NCBI GenBank assembly: GCA_902605135.1
Contig: CACLBK010000004.1
Location: 1 to 55,469 of the forward strand
Direction: 5' to 3'
DNA: 55,469 bases
Origin: an uncultured Alphaproteobacteria bacterium
Lineage (GTDB): Bacteria > Pseudomonadota > Alphaproteobacteria > HIMB59 > GCA-002718135
Part shown: in pieces, positions 31,147-40,750 of the stretch
Layout: each line of letters starts with the position of its first letter
How positions within the stretch are numbered: the first letter of the stretch is position 1
Made by a program: the position numbers and the translations under genes
The notes under the pieces: model-generated
What the model was told of the DNA's origin: nothing
The model's database searches: none
The model's input: only the letters and a program-made list of their open reading frames with translations

Positions 31147-32622
31147 ATGGGCAAAAAAGCAGTAGTTATAGGAAGTGGTTTTGGAGGCATTGCTATTAGC
31201 TTAAGACTAAAAAAATTAGGCTATGATACAACAATTATTGAAAAACTAGACGAGATTGGAGGAAGAGCAAGAGTTTTTGAAGTGAATGGTTTTAAACATG
31301 ATGCTGGACCAACAGTCATAACAGCACCATTTCTATTTGATGAACTTTTCAGTTTGTTTGGAAAAAAAAGAGAGAATTATTTGAATTTTGTTCCTCTTGA
31401 ACCATGGTATAGGTACTATTTTCATGATGGCAAAACATTTGATTATTGTTCTACAGTCGAAAAAACTAATATAGAAATTAGTAAATTTGATAAGAAAGAT
31501 ATAAAAGGATATAATAAACTTTTAAATCAATCAAAAAAAATATTTGATATAGGGTTTACACAATTAGCTGACAAACCATTTATTTCTTTTTTTAAAATGT
31601 TAGGAGTTATTCCTAATTTGATAATTTTGAGAAGTTATTTTACGGTATCTCAACTTGTAAATAGTTATCTAAAAAATCCATATCTTAGAAAAGCATTTTC
31701 AATTCATCCACTTTTAGTTGGAGGTGATCCACACACAACAACATCTATTTATGCTTTGATTCATTATTTAGAGAGAAAATGGGGAGTATTTTTTTGTATG
31801 GGTGGAACTGGTAAAATCGTATCTGAATTAAAACGATTAATGATTGATTGTGGTATTAAAATTAAAACGAACACAGAGGCAAAAGAATTTATTGTTGAAA
31901 ATAATAGGATAACAAAAATATTAACAAACAATGAAGAAATTTCCAATATAGATCTAGTTGTTTGTAATGCTGATCCACCCATGGTTTACTCCAAACTTTT
32001 AAAAAAACAAAATTTAAGTAGACCTGTATTAAAAGAAAAAAACTTATTGTATTCAATGGGACTTTTTGTTCTTTTCTTTGGTACGAAAAAACAATACCAT
32101 AAAGTAGCTCATCATACTATTTGGATGACCGAAAGATTTAAATCTTTACTTCATGATATATTTAAAAATAAAATTTTATCTGATGATTTTTCCTTGTACA
32201 TTCACAGGCCTACTGCAACAGACAAGTCATTTGCTCCAGAAGGTTGTGATAGTTTTTATGTTCTATGCCCAGTACCTAATTTACAAGGTAAAATTGATTG
32301 GAATGTTGAGTCAGAAAACCTTAAAAATAAGATTGTTAAAGAATTATCCCAGACAATTATGCCAGATTTGGAAAAGACTATTACAGATGTTTTTTGGATG
32401 AATCCTAAAGATTTTAAAAATGATTACAATTCTATGCACGGAGCTGGTTTTTCAATAGCTCCGATCTTTACACAGTCAGCTTGGTTTAGGTATCATAACA
32501 AAGATAAAAAAATTAAAAATCTATATTTTTCAGCGGCAGGTTCTCATCCAGGTGCAGGAATACCAGGAGTTCTTTCATCAGCTAAAGTTGTTGAAAACAT
32601 TATTAAAGCTGAATTAAAATAA
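31147..32622 (+). CDS. crtI: Phytoene desaturase
   Basis: GSGFGG, DAGPTVIT and HPGAGIPGVLSSAK motifs. Confidence 0.95.
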   Translation: MGKKAVVIGSGFGGIAISLRLKKLGYDTTIIEKLDEIGGRARVFEVNGFKHDAGPTVITAPFLFDELFSLFGKKRENYLNFVPLEPWYRYYFHDGKTFDYCSTVEKTNIEISKFDKKDIKGYNKLLNQSKKIFDIGFTQLADKPFISFFKMLGVIPNLIILRSYFTVSQLVNSYLKNPYLRKAFSIHPLLVGGDPHTTTSIYALIHYLERKWGVFFCMGGTGKIVSELKRLMIDCGIKIKTNTEAKEFIVENNRITKILTNNEEISNIDLVVCNADPPMVYSKLLKKQNLSRPVLKEKNLLYSMGLFVLFFGTKKQYHKVAHHTIWMTERFKSLLHDIFKNKILSDDFSLYIHRPTATDKSFAPEGCDSFYVLCPVPNLQGKIDWNVESENLKNKIVKELSQTIMPDLEKTITDVFWMNPKDFKNDYNSMHGAGFSIAPIFTQSAWFRYHNKDKKIKNLYFSAAGSHPGAGIPGVLSSAKVVENIIKAELK

Positions 32623-32624
32623 TA

Positions 32625-33506
32625 ATGATTGATTTAAAGCTCAATTCATCTGCTGACCTTAGAAAGGAAGGCAAAAGTTTTTATTGGGCAAGTTTTTTTT
32701 TACCAAAAAGTTATAAAGAAAATGCTGGTACTCTTTATTCAATTTGTAGATATTTTGATGACATTGCTGATAAATATAGTGAAGATCAAACTGTCTATCT
32801 TAAAAATTCAATTGAAGAAATAAGGACCAATAATAATAATAAAGTAAATATTTTTTTGAAAAAAAATAAAATTAACAATTTAATTTTTATAGATTTAATA
32901 GAGGGATTAATCTTAGATCAGAAAAAAATAAGAATTCAAAACAAGGAAGAACTTTTAAAATACTCCTATCATGTTGCTGGTACTGTTGGATTAATGATGT
33001 CTAAAATTATAGGAGTAAAACATGATAAGGCAGCACAATCCGCAATTGATTTAGGTATTGGAATGCAGCTAACAAATATAGCAAGAGATGTTTATGAAGA
33101 TTCTAAAATGAAAAGAATATATTTACCTGCCAATTGGATACCTGATATATCATTAAAAAATTTAGCTGATCCTTATAACAAAACTTCACAAAAAGATGAA
33201 AGAATATCAAATGCAATTCATGAAGTAATATGCCTTTCAGATAAGTTTTATGAAAATGGTTTTGCCGGTTTAAAATATATCCCGCTATCTACCAGATTAG
33301 GCATATTCATCGCGGCTAATATTTATAGAGGTATTGGCATTAAAATAAAATCCAATAAAAAAAAATATTTAAGAAAAAGAGTATATTTAAATTTATTCGA
33401 AAAATCTATAATTACATTTAAATCAATTTTACTTTTTATTTTTATCCCTTTTATGAAATATCAGTATCAAAAAATTAGAGATAATTTCCCAAATGAAAAT
33501 TTATAA
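32625..33506 (+). CDS. crtB: Phytoene synthase
   Basis: KSFYWAS, DDIAD, VAGTVG and QLTNIARDV motifs. Confidence 0.95.
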   Translation: MIDLKLNSSADLRKEGKSFYWASFFLPKSYKENAGTLYSICRYFDDIADKYSEDQTVYLKNSIEEIRTNNNNKVNIFLKKNKINNLIFIDLIEGLILDQKKIRIQNKEELLKYSYHVAGTVGLMMSKIIGVKHDKAAQSAIDLGIGMQLTNIARDVYEDSKMKRIYLPANWIPDISLKNLADPYNKTSQKDERISNAIHEVICLSDKFYENGFAGLKYIPLSTRLGIFIAANIYRGIGIKIKSNKKKYLRKRVYLNLFEKSIITFKSILLFIFIPFMKYQYQKIRDNFPNENL

Positions 33507-34575
33507 AGCTGCAATAATTGGTTTAGGCCCTAGTGGTTTAGCTGTAAATAAAATTCTTTACGGAGATAGCTATAACGAAATCATTGCATTTGAAAGTGAA
33601 GATATAAACAAAAGAGATAATATTTTTGGTTTTTGGTTAACAGATTGGATGAAGCCATTTGAAAAAATTATTGAAAAAAAATGGTACAAATGGACTATTG
33701 GTAACAAAAATACCCATGTAACACATACAAGTTTAGATAAACCTTATTGTGTCATTAGTTTTAAAACTTGGAAAAAATTTTGCTTAGAAACAAAAAATAA
33801 ATTAGAAATCATAAACAAACAAGTTGTCCAATATTTTCCTGAACAAAATTATTTTAAAATAATCACCACTGATGACAAAATATATTACGCTGAAAATATA
33901 TATGATTCACGATCAGCAAAAGAAAAAAAAGGTGAATTATTACAACATTTTTTTGGAGTTAATATTACCGTGGCAGATAATACTTTTAATGAAGATAAAT
34001 TAACCTTAATGCACTTTACTGAAGAAAATAATATTTTACATTTTATATACATCCTACCATTTAGTCACAACAAAGCGCTTGTTGAATCGACGGTCTTTTC
34101 AAAAGATGTTTTTCGCAGCTCCTGGTATAGAGAAAAAATAAATGATTACTTAAAGAAAAATAATATTAATAATTTTAAAGAAAATAGTTCAGAAAAAGGA
34201 GTAATACCAATGTTTTTTGCAGGGGAGAAAAGATCAGTTAATTCTAATATCTTCAATATTGGTATTAGAGGAGGTGCGTGCAAGCCTTCTACTGGATATG
34301 CCTTTTCATTTCTTATAAAACAAATTCAATTGTTAAAAAATTCAAAGAATAACCATGTAAATATCCATAATTTTTTAGAAAGAAAAATGGATAAAGTTTT
34401 TATTAATTTTTTAAAAAATAATAGAGAAGATGGAAGGTCATTTATAAAGCTCGCATCTAATCTAAATGGAAATGAATTTCAAAGTTTTATGATGGGTGAA
34501 TCAAATTTTCTAACTAAGTTAAAAATCATAAATAGTATGCCCAAGCTTCCTTTTATAAAAGAATTATTTAAATAA
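33493..34575 (+). CDS. crtY: Lycopene beta-cyclase
   Basis: IIGLGPSG, DSR, QHFFG, F.YILPF, E.GVIPM and PSTGY motifs. Confidence 0.85.
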   Translation: MKIYKAAIIGLGPSGLAVNKILYGDSYNEIIAFESEDINKRDNIFGFWLTDWMKPFEKIIEKKWYKWTIGNKNTHVTHTSLDKPYCVISFKTWKKFCLETKNKLEIINKQVVQYFPEQNYFKIITTDDKIYYAENIYDSRSAKEKKGELLQHFFGVNITVADNTFNEDKLTLMHFTEENNILHFIYILPFSHNKALVESTVFSKDVFRSSWYREKINDYLKKNNINNFKENSSEKGVIPMFFAGEKRSVNSNIFNIGIRGGACKPSTGYAFSFLIKQIQLLKNSKNNHVNIHNFLERKMDKVFINFLKNNREDGRSFIKLASNLNGNEFQSFMMGESNFLTKLKIINSMPKLPFIKELFK

Positions 34576-34576
34576 T

Positions 34577-35395
34577 ATGTTAGCCGACCTTACAATTCTA
34601 AATATTATTTCTTTTTTATTAATATTTTTCATTGGTCTTCCGCATGGTTCATTTGATGGTGCAGTTGCTTCCTTAGTAGGTTTTAGTAACAGAATTCAAT
34701 TTCTACAATTTATATTTTACTACCTAATTTTATTTTTTCTGGTCATTTTATTTTGGTTATATTTTCCTATTATTGCGCTAACGATTTTTATTATAATGAC
34801 TATTGCCCATTTTGGATTATGTGATTGGACAAATTTTAAAATAAATAAATATAAGTATTCTATAAGCTTTACTTATGGAATGACTATTATTTTTGGAATA
34901 ATATTTTTCAACGAGGATCAATCTTTTTTGATATTTGAATATCTGACAAATAATAATATTTACTCAATCCAAAAATATTTTTTCATCCCATATTTTTTAA
35001 CATTATTATCTATAATATATTTTATTTATCTTTCCTTTTTCGAAAAGAAATTACGAAAAGGAATTATTGAAATTCTATTTCTTTTACTAATTTTTTATTT
35101 TTTTGATCCATTGCTAAGTTTTGCAATATATTTCTGTTTTTTTCACACTTACAAACATTTAAAACATCTGATTAAAAATATTTATTTAAATTTAAAAAAT
35201 AAATACTTTGTTATTTACTCAACAATAATTTTTACAGTAATTTCTTGGATTGGAGGTTTAGGAATTGTTTACTATTTAGTTCAGAATTTATCATTATATG
35301 AGTCGATATTAAAAGTAATTTTCATTGGACTTGCTGCTTTAACGCTTCCTCATATGTTACTTGTTGATATTGTCTACAGAAGAAGATTTAAATAA
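34577..35395 (+). CDS. blh: Beta-carotene 15,15'-dioxygenase (Brp/Blh)
   Basis: GLPHG, HFG..D, YFCFFH and LTLPHM motifs (four His ligands); polytopic. Confidence 0.93.
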   Translation: MLADLTILNIISFLLIFFIGLPHGSFDGAVASLVGFSNRIQFLQFIFYYLILFFLVILFWLYFPIIALTIFIIMTIAHFGLCDWTNFKINKYKYSISFTYGMTIIFGIIFFNEDQSFLIFEYLTNNNIYSIQKYFFIPYFLTLLSIIYFIYLSFFEKKLRKGIIEILFLLLIFYFFDPLLSFAIYFCFFHTYKHLKHLIKNIYLNLKNKYFVIYSTIIFTVISWIGGLGIVYYLVQNLSLYESILKVIFIGLAALTLPHMLLVDIVYRRRFK

Positions 35396-35411
35396 ATCGT
35401 TTTCTCAAATA

Positions 35412-35439
35412 TTGACTTATAAATTCAAAGTGGTAATTG
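35412..35439 (+). promoter_or_regulatory. Putative sigma70 promoter of tRNA-Gly
   Basis: TTGACT -35 element with a TGG-TAATTG extended -10-like element, 10 nt before the tRNA. Confidence 0.45.
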
Positions 35440-35449
35440 TGTAAATTAT

Positions 35450-35524
35450 GCGGGCGTAGCTCAGGGGTAGAGCGCAACCTTGCCAAGGTTGAAGTCGAGG
35501 GTTCGAATCCCTTCGCCCGCTCCA
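35450..35524 (+). tRNA. tRNA-Gly(GCC)
   Basis: GCGGGCG/CGCCCGC acceptor stem, CAACC-TTGCCAA-GGTTG anticodon arm, GAGGG-TTCGAAT-CCTTC T arm region, encoded CCA. Confidence 0.97.
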
Positions 35525-35738
35525 AAAAACTAAAAATTATATAACATCAAATAATTTTTGGGATACACTATGAACGCCTCAAGTATAAAAACAACATTAT
35601 CTTTCAAACTTAAAATTATAATTATTTTTGATTTTATTATCAAAAATCAATTATTAAAAATATTATTTTTATTTATTAAAAAATTTTAATATTTAAATTT
35701 ACAATATTAATTTTAAAATTTTCTTCTAAATATTTTTA

Positions 35739-36566
35739 GTGCTCAAGAATATTTTTTTGGCTTCATATCCTAAATCTGGGAATACTTGGATGAGATCTTT
35801 AGTTGGAAGCCTTTATAATTTTGATAAAGAGTTTAGTCTAAATACACTAAAGTTAATACCACTATTATCAATTAAAAAAAACTTTGATGAATTTGAAAAT
35901 AAAATCTATTCTGACAATAATGTTTTAAATCTTGATTGGGTGTCCCAAAATATCATTGAATGCCAAAAAATACTAAATAAAAAGTCAAATCATTTAAATA
36001 TATTCAAAACCCATAGTGTTAAACATAAAAAATATACAAACGAAACTGTAAACGCAGGTTTCATTTACATTATAAGAGACCCTAGGGATGTAGTTGTTTC
36101 TTACAAAAATTTTAGTGGAAAAAGCTTTGATAAAGTTATTAATGAGCTTCTTTTTGAAGAAAAAAATATAATTAATTCAAACGGTGTTCCTGAACTACTT
36201 TCTACTTGGGAGTTAAATGTTTTATCATGGTTAAATTATAATACTGTACCCAGATTGATTATTAGGTATGAAGATGTAAAACTAAATATAAAACAAGTAG
36301 TTATAAAAATTATAGAATTTTTGAATAAAACACATAGAATAAAACTCAACCTAAGTGATGCAGACATGGATCAAATAATTAAAAATACTAATTTTAATAA
36401 TCTCCAAAAATTAGAAGAAAAATATGGTTTTGATGAATCCCCAAAAAATTCAAGATTTTTTCGTTTTGGAACCTCAAATCAATGGAAAGATATTTTATCG
36501 AAAACACAGGTTCAGCTAATAGAAAATAATTTACATACGTTAATGAAGCAATTTAATTATATTTAA
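35739..36566 (+). CDS. PAPS-dependent sulfotransferase
   Basis: LASYPKSGNTW (5'-PSB loop), IIRDPRDVVVS (3'-PB) and FFRFG...W motifs; GTG start. Confidence 0.9.
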   Translation: MLKNIFLASYPKSGNTWMRSLVGSLYNFDKEFSLNTLKLIPLLSIKKNFDEFENKIYSDNNVLNLDWVSQNIIECQKILNKKSNHLNIFKTHSVKHKKYTNETVNAGFIYIIRDPRDVVVSYKNFSGKSFDKVINELLFEEKNIINSNGVPELLSTWELNVLSWLNYNTVPRLIIRYEDVKLNIKQVVIKIIEFLNKTHRIKLNLSDADMDQIIKNTNFNNLQKLEEKYGFDESPKNSRFFRFGTSNQWKDILSKTQVQLIENNLHTLMKQFNYI

Positions 36567-36573
36567 GGAATAA

Positions 36574-36663
36574 TGGTGTTTAGGTTGAGGTCATAAATAA
36601 CGAACGAGTTCTTCCGCTGCCAGTTTTCAAGACCGGTGCTTTCAACCGCTCAGCCATCCTCAC
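36574..36663 (-). pseudogene. Degenerate tRNA-Ser(TGA)
   Basis: D arm, anticodon arm CCGGT-CTTGAAA-ACTGG and variable arm are intact. The T arm and 3' acceptor strand are mutated. CCA falls at the expected position 90. Confidence 0.8.
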
Positions 36664-36688
36664 TTTAGGGAAACATTGGGGGACATTT
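36664..36688 (+). repeat. Short imperfect tandem repeat abutting the pseudo-tRNA
   Basis: TAGGGAAACAT followed by TGGGGGACAT; a related copy TTTGGGATACACT lies at 35557-35569 after tRNA-Gly. Confidence 0.5.
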
Positions 36689-36884
36689 CATTTACAAAAA
36701 TTAAAAATGTTATAGTTTAATTAAGAAAAGATTGAATGCTTGAATCCCTTTGCTTTTTTCAACGTTTTAGGTTTCTTAAATGCAAACAATAAATCCTAAA
36801 AAGTTACTGATCAACGATAGGCCAAGGTAAATATTTAAATAATAGATTAATTAAGAAATAAATTTTTAATTTAAAACTAATAAT

Positions 36885-37658
36885 TTAACCATGATAAACG
36901 TCAAAGTAACTGTCTTTATAATTGAATATAATAGGTCTTAGATACAAACAATTAGAATTAAAAATTATTGAGTTCATATTAGATACCTCTAGTATAAGTG
37001 ACTGTCTTTTACCTAAATAAAATTTTTTATTATCAATATCAATATTAATGATATTTTCTGTAGGGTTAGCAAAAAATAATTCAGTCTTTGTAAAATCTTT
37101 AAAATAATTCTGTATTTTATATTTTTGTCTATTTAAGCTTGTTTTTATAATATCATGTGATTTTAATTTATTATGTAATTCAATATTATCAGACTTAGCA
37201 TAGGTATTACCATGAACAAATGAATATAAATTATTGTTTTTTGAATATCCAACATAACACCTGTTAGAAATTATGGTCTCCCTGTTAACCTCACTATTAG
37301 TTTTGTGAAATATATAAAAGACTCCATAATCCTCTATACCATCAAGCAATTTACTGTTGATTTCTAATGTGTTTGAATAATTCAGCTCCTTAATTTCTAA
37401 TTTTTTAATTAATATATTTTCTTTGTTATAAAAGCTTAAAAAAACAGTTGAGTCTTTTATTCCATAAAATAATCCTAGAATATCTGAGTATTTGAAAATT
37501 GTTTTAAAACCTTGATCAGTTCTCCAACAAAAGGAATCACTTATGCTTTTTGGTGTATTAATTTCATTTAGTGAAACTTTTAATTGTCTAAACTTAATTA
37601 AGTTTCTAAAAAAAACTATTATATTTGCATTAAATATTTTTTTAACTAATGATTTCAC
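36885..37658 (-). CDS. Hypothetical protein with two His-Gly motifs
   Basis: 257-aa ORF coupled to the upstream ORF; YSFVHGN and C-terminal FDVYHG. Confidence 0.75.
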   Translation of the reverse strand: MKSLVKKIFNANIIVFFRNLIKFRQLKVSLNEINTPKSISDSFCWRTDQGFKTIFKYSDILGLFYGIKDSTVFLSFYNKENILIKKLEIKELNYSNTLEINSKLLDGIEDYGVFYIFHKTNSEVNRETIISNRCYVGYSKNNNLYSFVHGNTYAKSDNIELHNKLKSHDIIKTSLNRQKYKIQNYFKDFTKTELFFANPTENIINIDIDNKKFYLGKRQSLILEVSNMNSIIFNSNCLYLRPIIFNYKDSYFDVYHG

Positions 37659-38403
37659 TTATCTCTCTTTTTAATTTTGATATTATTTTAAATTTGTCAT
37701 TACTCATTATATACTCATGCGGAGGATGAGTGTGCTCAAATGACATGTGCATATTGTCAATTGAAACAAAAAGTGGCGCACCTAGATATTTGTCAGTGAT
37801 TAAGTATATCTCAGGTTTGATTAGTTCATTATTAACATTAATTGAATTTGTATAGTTTGTTCTTAGTTCAATTTTCTCTACAATTTTTTTCTTTTCAATG
37901 TTTACAAAAAATAGGTTAAATTTCTTTTGAATTGGTTCTTCATAGATGTTTTTTATAAAAATAATATTTTCTTTTGCATTTTTATTAAGTAGTACTGATA
38001 CTGGACTAAGTATGCTTCCTTTTTTTAAAACCATATCAAATGGGTACTCTGACTGAAAAGATGAAAATCCCCCATTTCTAATACTGATTTTTAAATTTGA
38101 CCTATAAGCAGGAAAAGTGTCAGTAAAAGTATTAAGTTTTTTTAATTTATATTTATCAAATTTCTCTATTTCATTTTCTTGAGCTAAAAAAAAAATATTT
38201 TCATTATCTGACAATACTTCATTAATTGAATAAAATTCTTCATTTATTACATTATCATTTAATATTTCAAGATTCCACTTTGAGTCTTTAATTGCCACCT
38301 TGCACAAAAGATGTTTTTCACTATTTTTGCCATCATTTTTAAATCTTGCAATTGTTAGATTAGAAAATATATTTTCAGTTTTTATTCCAAAAAAGAAATT
38401 CAT
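37642..38403 (-). CDS. Hypothetical protein (EHTHPPHE motif)
   Basis: 253-aa ORF; SSFQSEYPF and SFEHTHPPHEY motifs. Confidence 0.75.
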   Translation of the reverse strand: MNFFFGIKTENIFSNLTIARFKNDGKNSEKHLLCKVAIKDSKWNLEILNDNVINEEFYSINEVLSDNENIFFLAQENEIEKFDKYKLKKLNTFTDTFPAYRSNLKISIRNGGFSSFQSEYPFDMVLKKGSILSPVSVLLNKNAKENIIFIKNIYEEPIQKKFNLFFVNIEKKKIVEKIELRTNYTNSINVNNELIKPEIYLITDKYLGAPLFVSIDNMHMSFEHTHPPHEYIMSNDKFKIISKLKREISEIIS

Positions 38404-38459
38404 ATTTAAGTATATTTAAAATAGTTTTAAAATAATTAATATATATATTTTAACTATAA

Positions 38460-39845
38460 TTAGTTTTTTATTATATCATCAAAAAATTCATTAAAGTCTA
38501 TTTTATTTTTGTTCAAATCAAGTGTTTTTCCGAAACTTTTCAAATTATAAGTATATAAATGTTTAGATACTTTTCTTGCTTGAATATTAGGCCAAATAGT
38601 TTCACTGTAGACCTCAAAAGACGGGTTAACACATAATTGTACAAAACTAATTTTTTTTTCTAAAAGTTCAATAACTAATGCTGACGGTCCAATCACAATA
38701 GAGTTTCTTAGTCCTTCATTATTTTTAAATTTATTTTTATGTTTCATTAAAATTTTATTTATTTTGGCCATCATTTTAATATGATGAGGATTATCTATTT
38801 GAGAAGGGTGTATTTTTACAGTTAGTTTTAATAAAGAAAAATCTTTAGCTATATTAAGATAACTATCTATTGTGTTTAAAATTATTTTTTCAGAGAAAAT
38901 TATATATGGAAGGTAAACGCAATTTAAGATTTCATCATTTGATTTATTTGTAAACTTTTGAGATGATATTTTTCTTACCTTATTAAGGTCCCAATTTAAG
39001 AATGTTTGTAAATAAAACAATTGATCATCTCCATTTACCAATAATACATCAGGAGAACCAACTCTATATAAAAGACTTGTGGGAATAGGTGGCAAAGAAC
39101 TATGATATCCAACTGTTACTATATTATTATATTTCTTCTTAAATAGAAATGTAACATTATGAAGAAAAGGTTGACCCTCATATGGAAAAGCAGCTAATTT
39201 AAAGTTCCCACCAATTATTTCATCAAAAAAAAATTCTGCAAAGTATCTTGAAAAAAAACTATCTACAAATATTTCATGTTTAATACTTTTTATTGAATAT
39301 CTATTTTGTTTTAAAATTTTTAAAATTGTTTTAATTAAAAATACAAAGCTGTATTTTTTATTTTTATTTTTATATAATATTCTTACATTGTGATTTAAAT
39401 TTTTTGGGAATTTATTATCAACAGAAGTTAAAAACCATAATATCGAAGTACAATTACCTGAATTTAAATTAAAGTTATTATCAAAAAAGTTTCCATCTTC
39501 ATCAAAGCTTGATGCAGTACAGTTTGAGATTATAACCTTGTTATATAATGAATTTTCTTGCCTTCTATTTGCCAAAGAATAATCATTATATTTAGCTATA
39601 GATAGTAAATTTTTTGATAATAAGAATAAATATTTTGGAAGATATAAGTACCCTGATGAAAATAATTTTAATTTAGCATAACCCATATTTGGAAACCAAC
39701 TGCTAAAAAAACAAAGAGAACTTGTTCCTGAGTTAATTAGTTTTGCTTCGGTTTTATTTACATAGTCTTTAGCAAATTTTAATAATTTTACTTGATTATT
39801 TCCAATATCCATTCTTTCATATTTTAATCTAAAGTATTTAGCCAA
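38460..39845 (-). CDS. Hypothetical glycan-locus protein, possibly GT-B/sialyltransferase-like
   Basis: 461-aa ORF; YEGQP, GYHS, PDVLLVNG and VKIHP (the K-x-H-P motif seen in capsule and sialyl transferases). Confidence 0.5.
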   Translation of the reverse strand: MAKYFRLKYERMDIGNNQVKLLKFAKDYVNKTEAKLINSGTSSLCFFSSWFPNMGYAKLKLFSSGYLYLPKYLFLLSKNLLSIAKYNDYSLANRRQENSLYNKVIISNCTASSFDEDGNFFDNNFNLNSGNCTSILWFLTSVDNKFPKNLNHNVRILYKNKNKKYSFVFLIKTILKILKQNRYSIKSIKHEIFVDSFFSRYFAEFFFDEIIGGNFKLAAFPYEGQPFLHNVTFLFKKKYNNIVTVGYHSSLPPIPTSLLYRVGSPDVLLVNGDDQLFYLQTFLNWDLNKVRKISSQKFTNKSNDEILNCVYLPYIIFSEKIILNTIDSYLNIAKDFSLLKLTVKIHPSQIDNPHHIKMMAKINKILMKHKNKFKNNEGLRNSIVIGPSALVIELLEKKISFVQLCVNPSFEVYSETIWPNIQARKVSKHLYTYNLKSFGKTLDLNKNKIDFNEFFDDIIKN

Positions 39846-40750
39846 TTATTAAAATTGGTTACACCATCAACTAGTTTTGTACTTGGTTTAAACTTTAATT
39901 TATTCTTGATTTTGTTAATGTTTGCTGATGATCCTTTAAAGTCACCTGGTGTTCCTGGTAATTCATTTATAACAATTTTTTTGTTTAATACTTTTGATAT
40001 TACTTTCAATAAATCTGAAATTTTGGTTGCTTTTCCTGACCCAACATTAAAGATTTGGTTAAAATGCTTTGTATCCTTAGCACACATTTCCCAGGCATCT
40101 AGAACATCTTCTACATAAACCAAATCTCTAAATCGATCCAAACTTCCTTTTATATTTACAACATCTTGATTTCTGGCCATATTTAAAAAAATACTAACCA
40201 TTCCCAAATCTGGATTTTTTGGATTTTGGCCAGGTCCATAAACATTAAACATTCTAAGAATATTCCATTTTATATTAAAAATATTACAACATATCTGAAC
40301 ATATTTTTCTGCAGTATATTTTGAAAGTGCATAAGGAGATTTAGGATCACACTCACTAATTTCGGACAATTTACCAGACTTATCGATAGTCTCTTTATAA
40401 ACATTAAATGTAGACGCATAAATTATTTTTTTAACTTTGTTTTCTTTACTCCAATTTATTAAATTATAAGTACTAACAATGTTAGACTCATAATCTAAAT
40501 CTGTTCTTTTAAATGATACTGCTTGTGACGGCTGCCCTGCACAATGAAGTAACACGTCAATGTTTTTAATCTTAATATTCATCAGTTTTTTTTTATTAGA
40601 GAGATCAATTAAATAAGTTTTTATATTTTTATTATTTTTGAAATTTTTATTTTTTTTTATATCAAAAATTAATATTTTATTTTTTTTTGCTAGTCTTTTT
40701 GCTAGTTTACTTCCTATGAAGCCAGATCCACCAGTTATTAATATTCTCAT
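39824..40750 (-). CDS. NAD-dependent epimerase/dehydratase
   Basis: ITGGSGFIG, YALSK, FNVYGPGQ and RDLVYV motifs. Confidence 0.93.
   Translation of the reverse strand: MRILITGGSGFIGSKLAKRLAKKNKILIFDIKKNKNFKNNKNIKTYLIDLSNKKKLMNIKIKNIDVLLHCAGQPSQAVSFKRTDLDYESNIVSTYNLINWSKENKVKKIIYASTFNVYKETIDKSGKLSEISECDPKSPYALSKYTAEKYVQICCNIFNIKWNILRMFNVYGPGQNPKNPDLGMVSIFLNMARNQDVVNIKGSLDRFRDLVYVEDVLDAWEMCAKDTKHFNQIFNVGSGKATKISDLLKVISKVLNKKIVINELPGTPGDFKGSSANINKIKNKLKFKPSTKLVDGVTNFNNWLNTLD

Noticed and set aside
36574-36663. Functional tRNA-Ser or tRNA-Sec
   Set aside because: The anticodon reads TGA (Ser), not TCA, and the T loop and acceptor pairing are broken.
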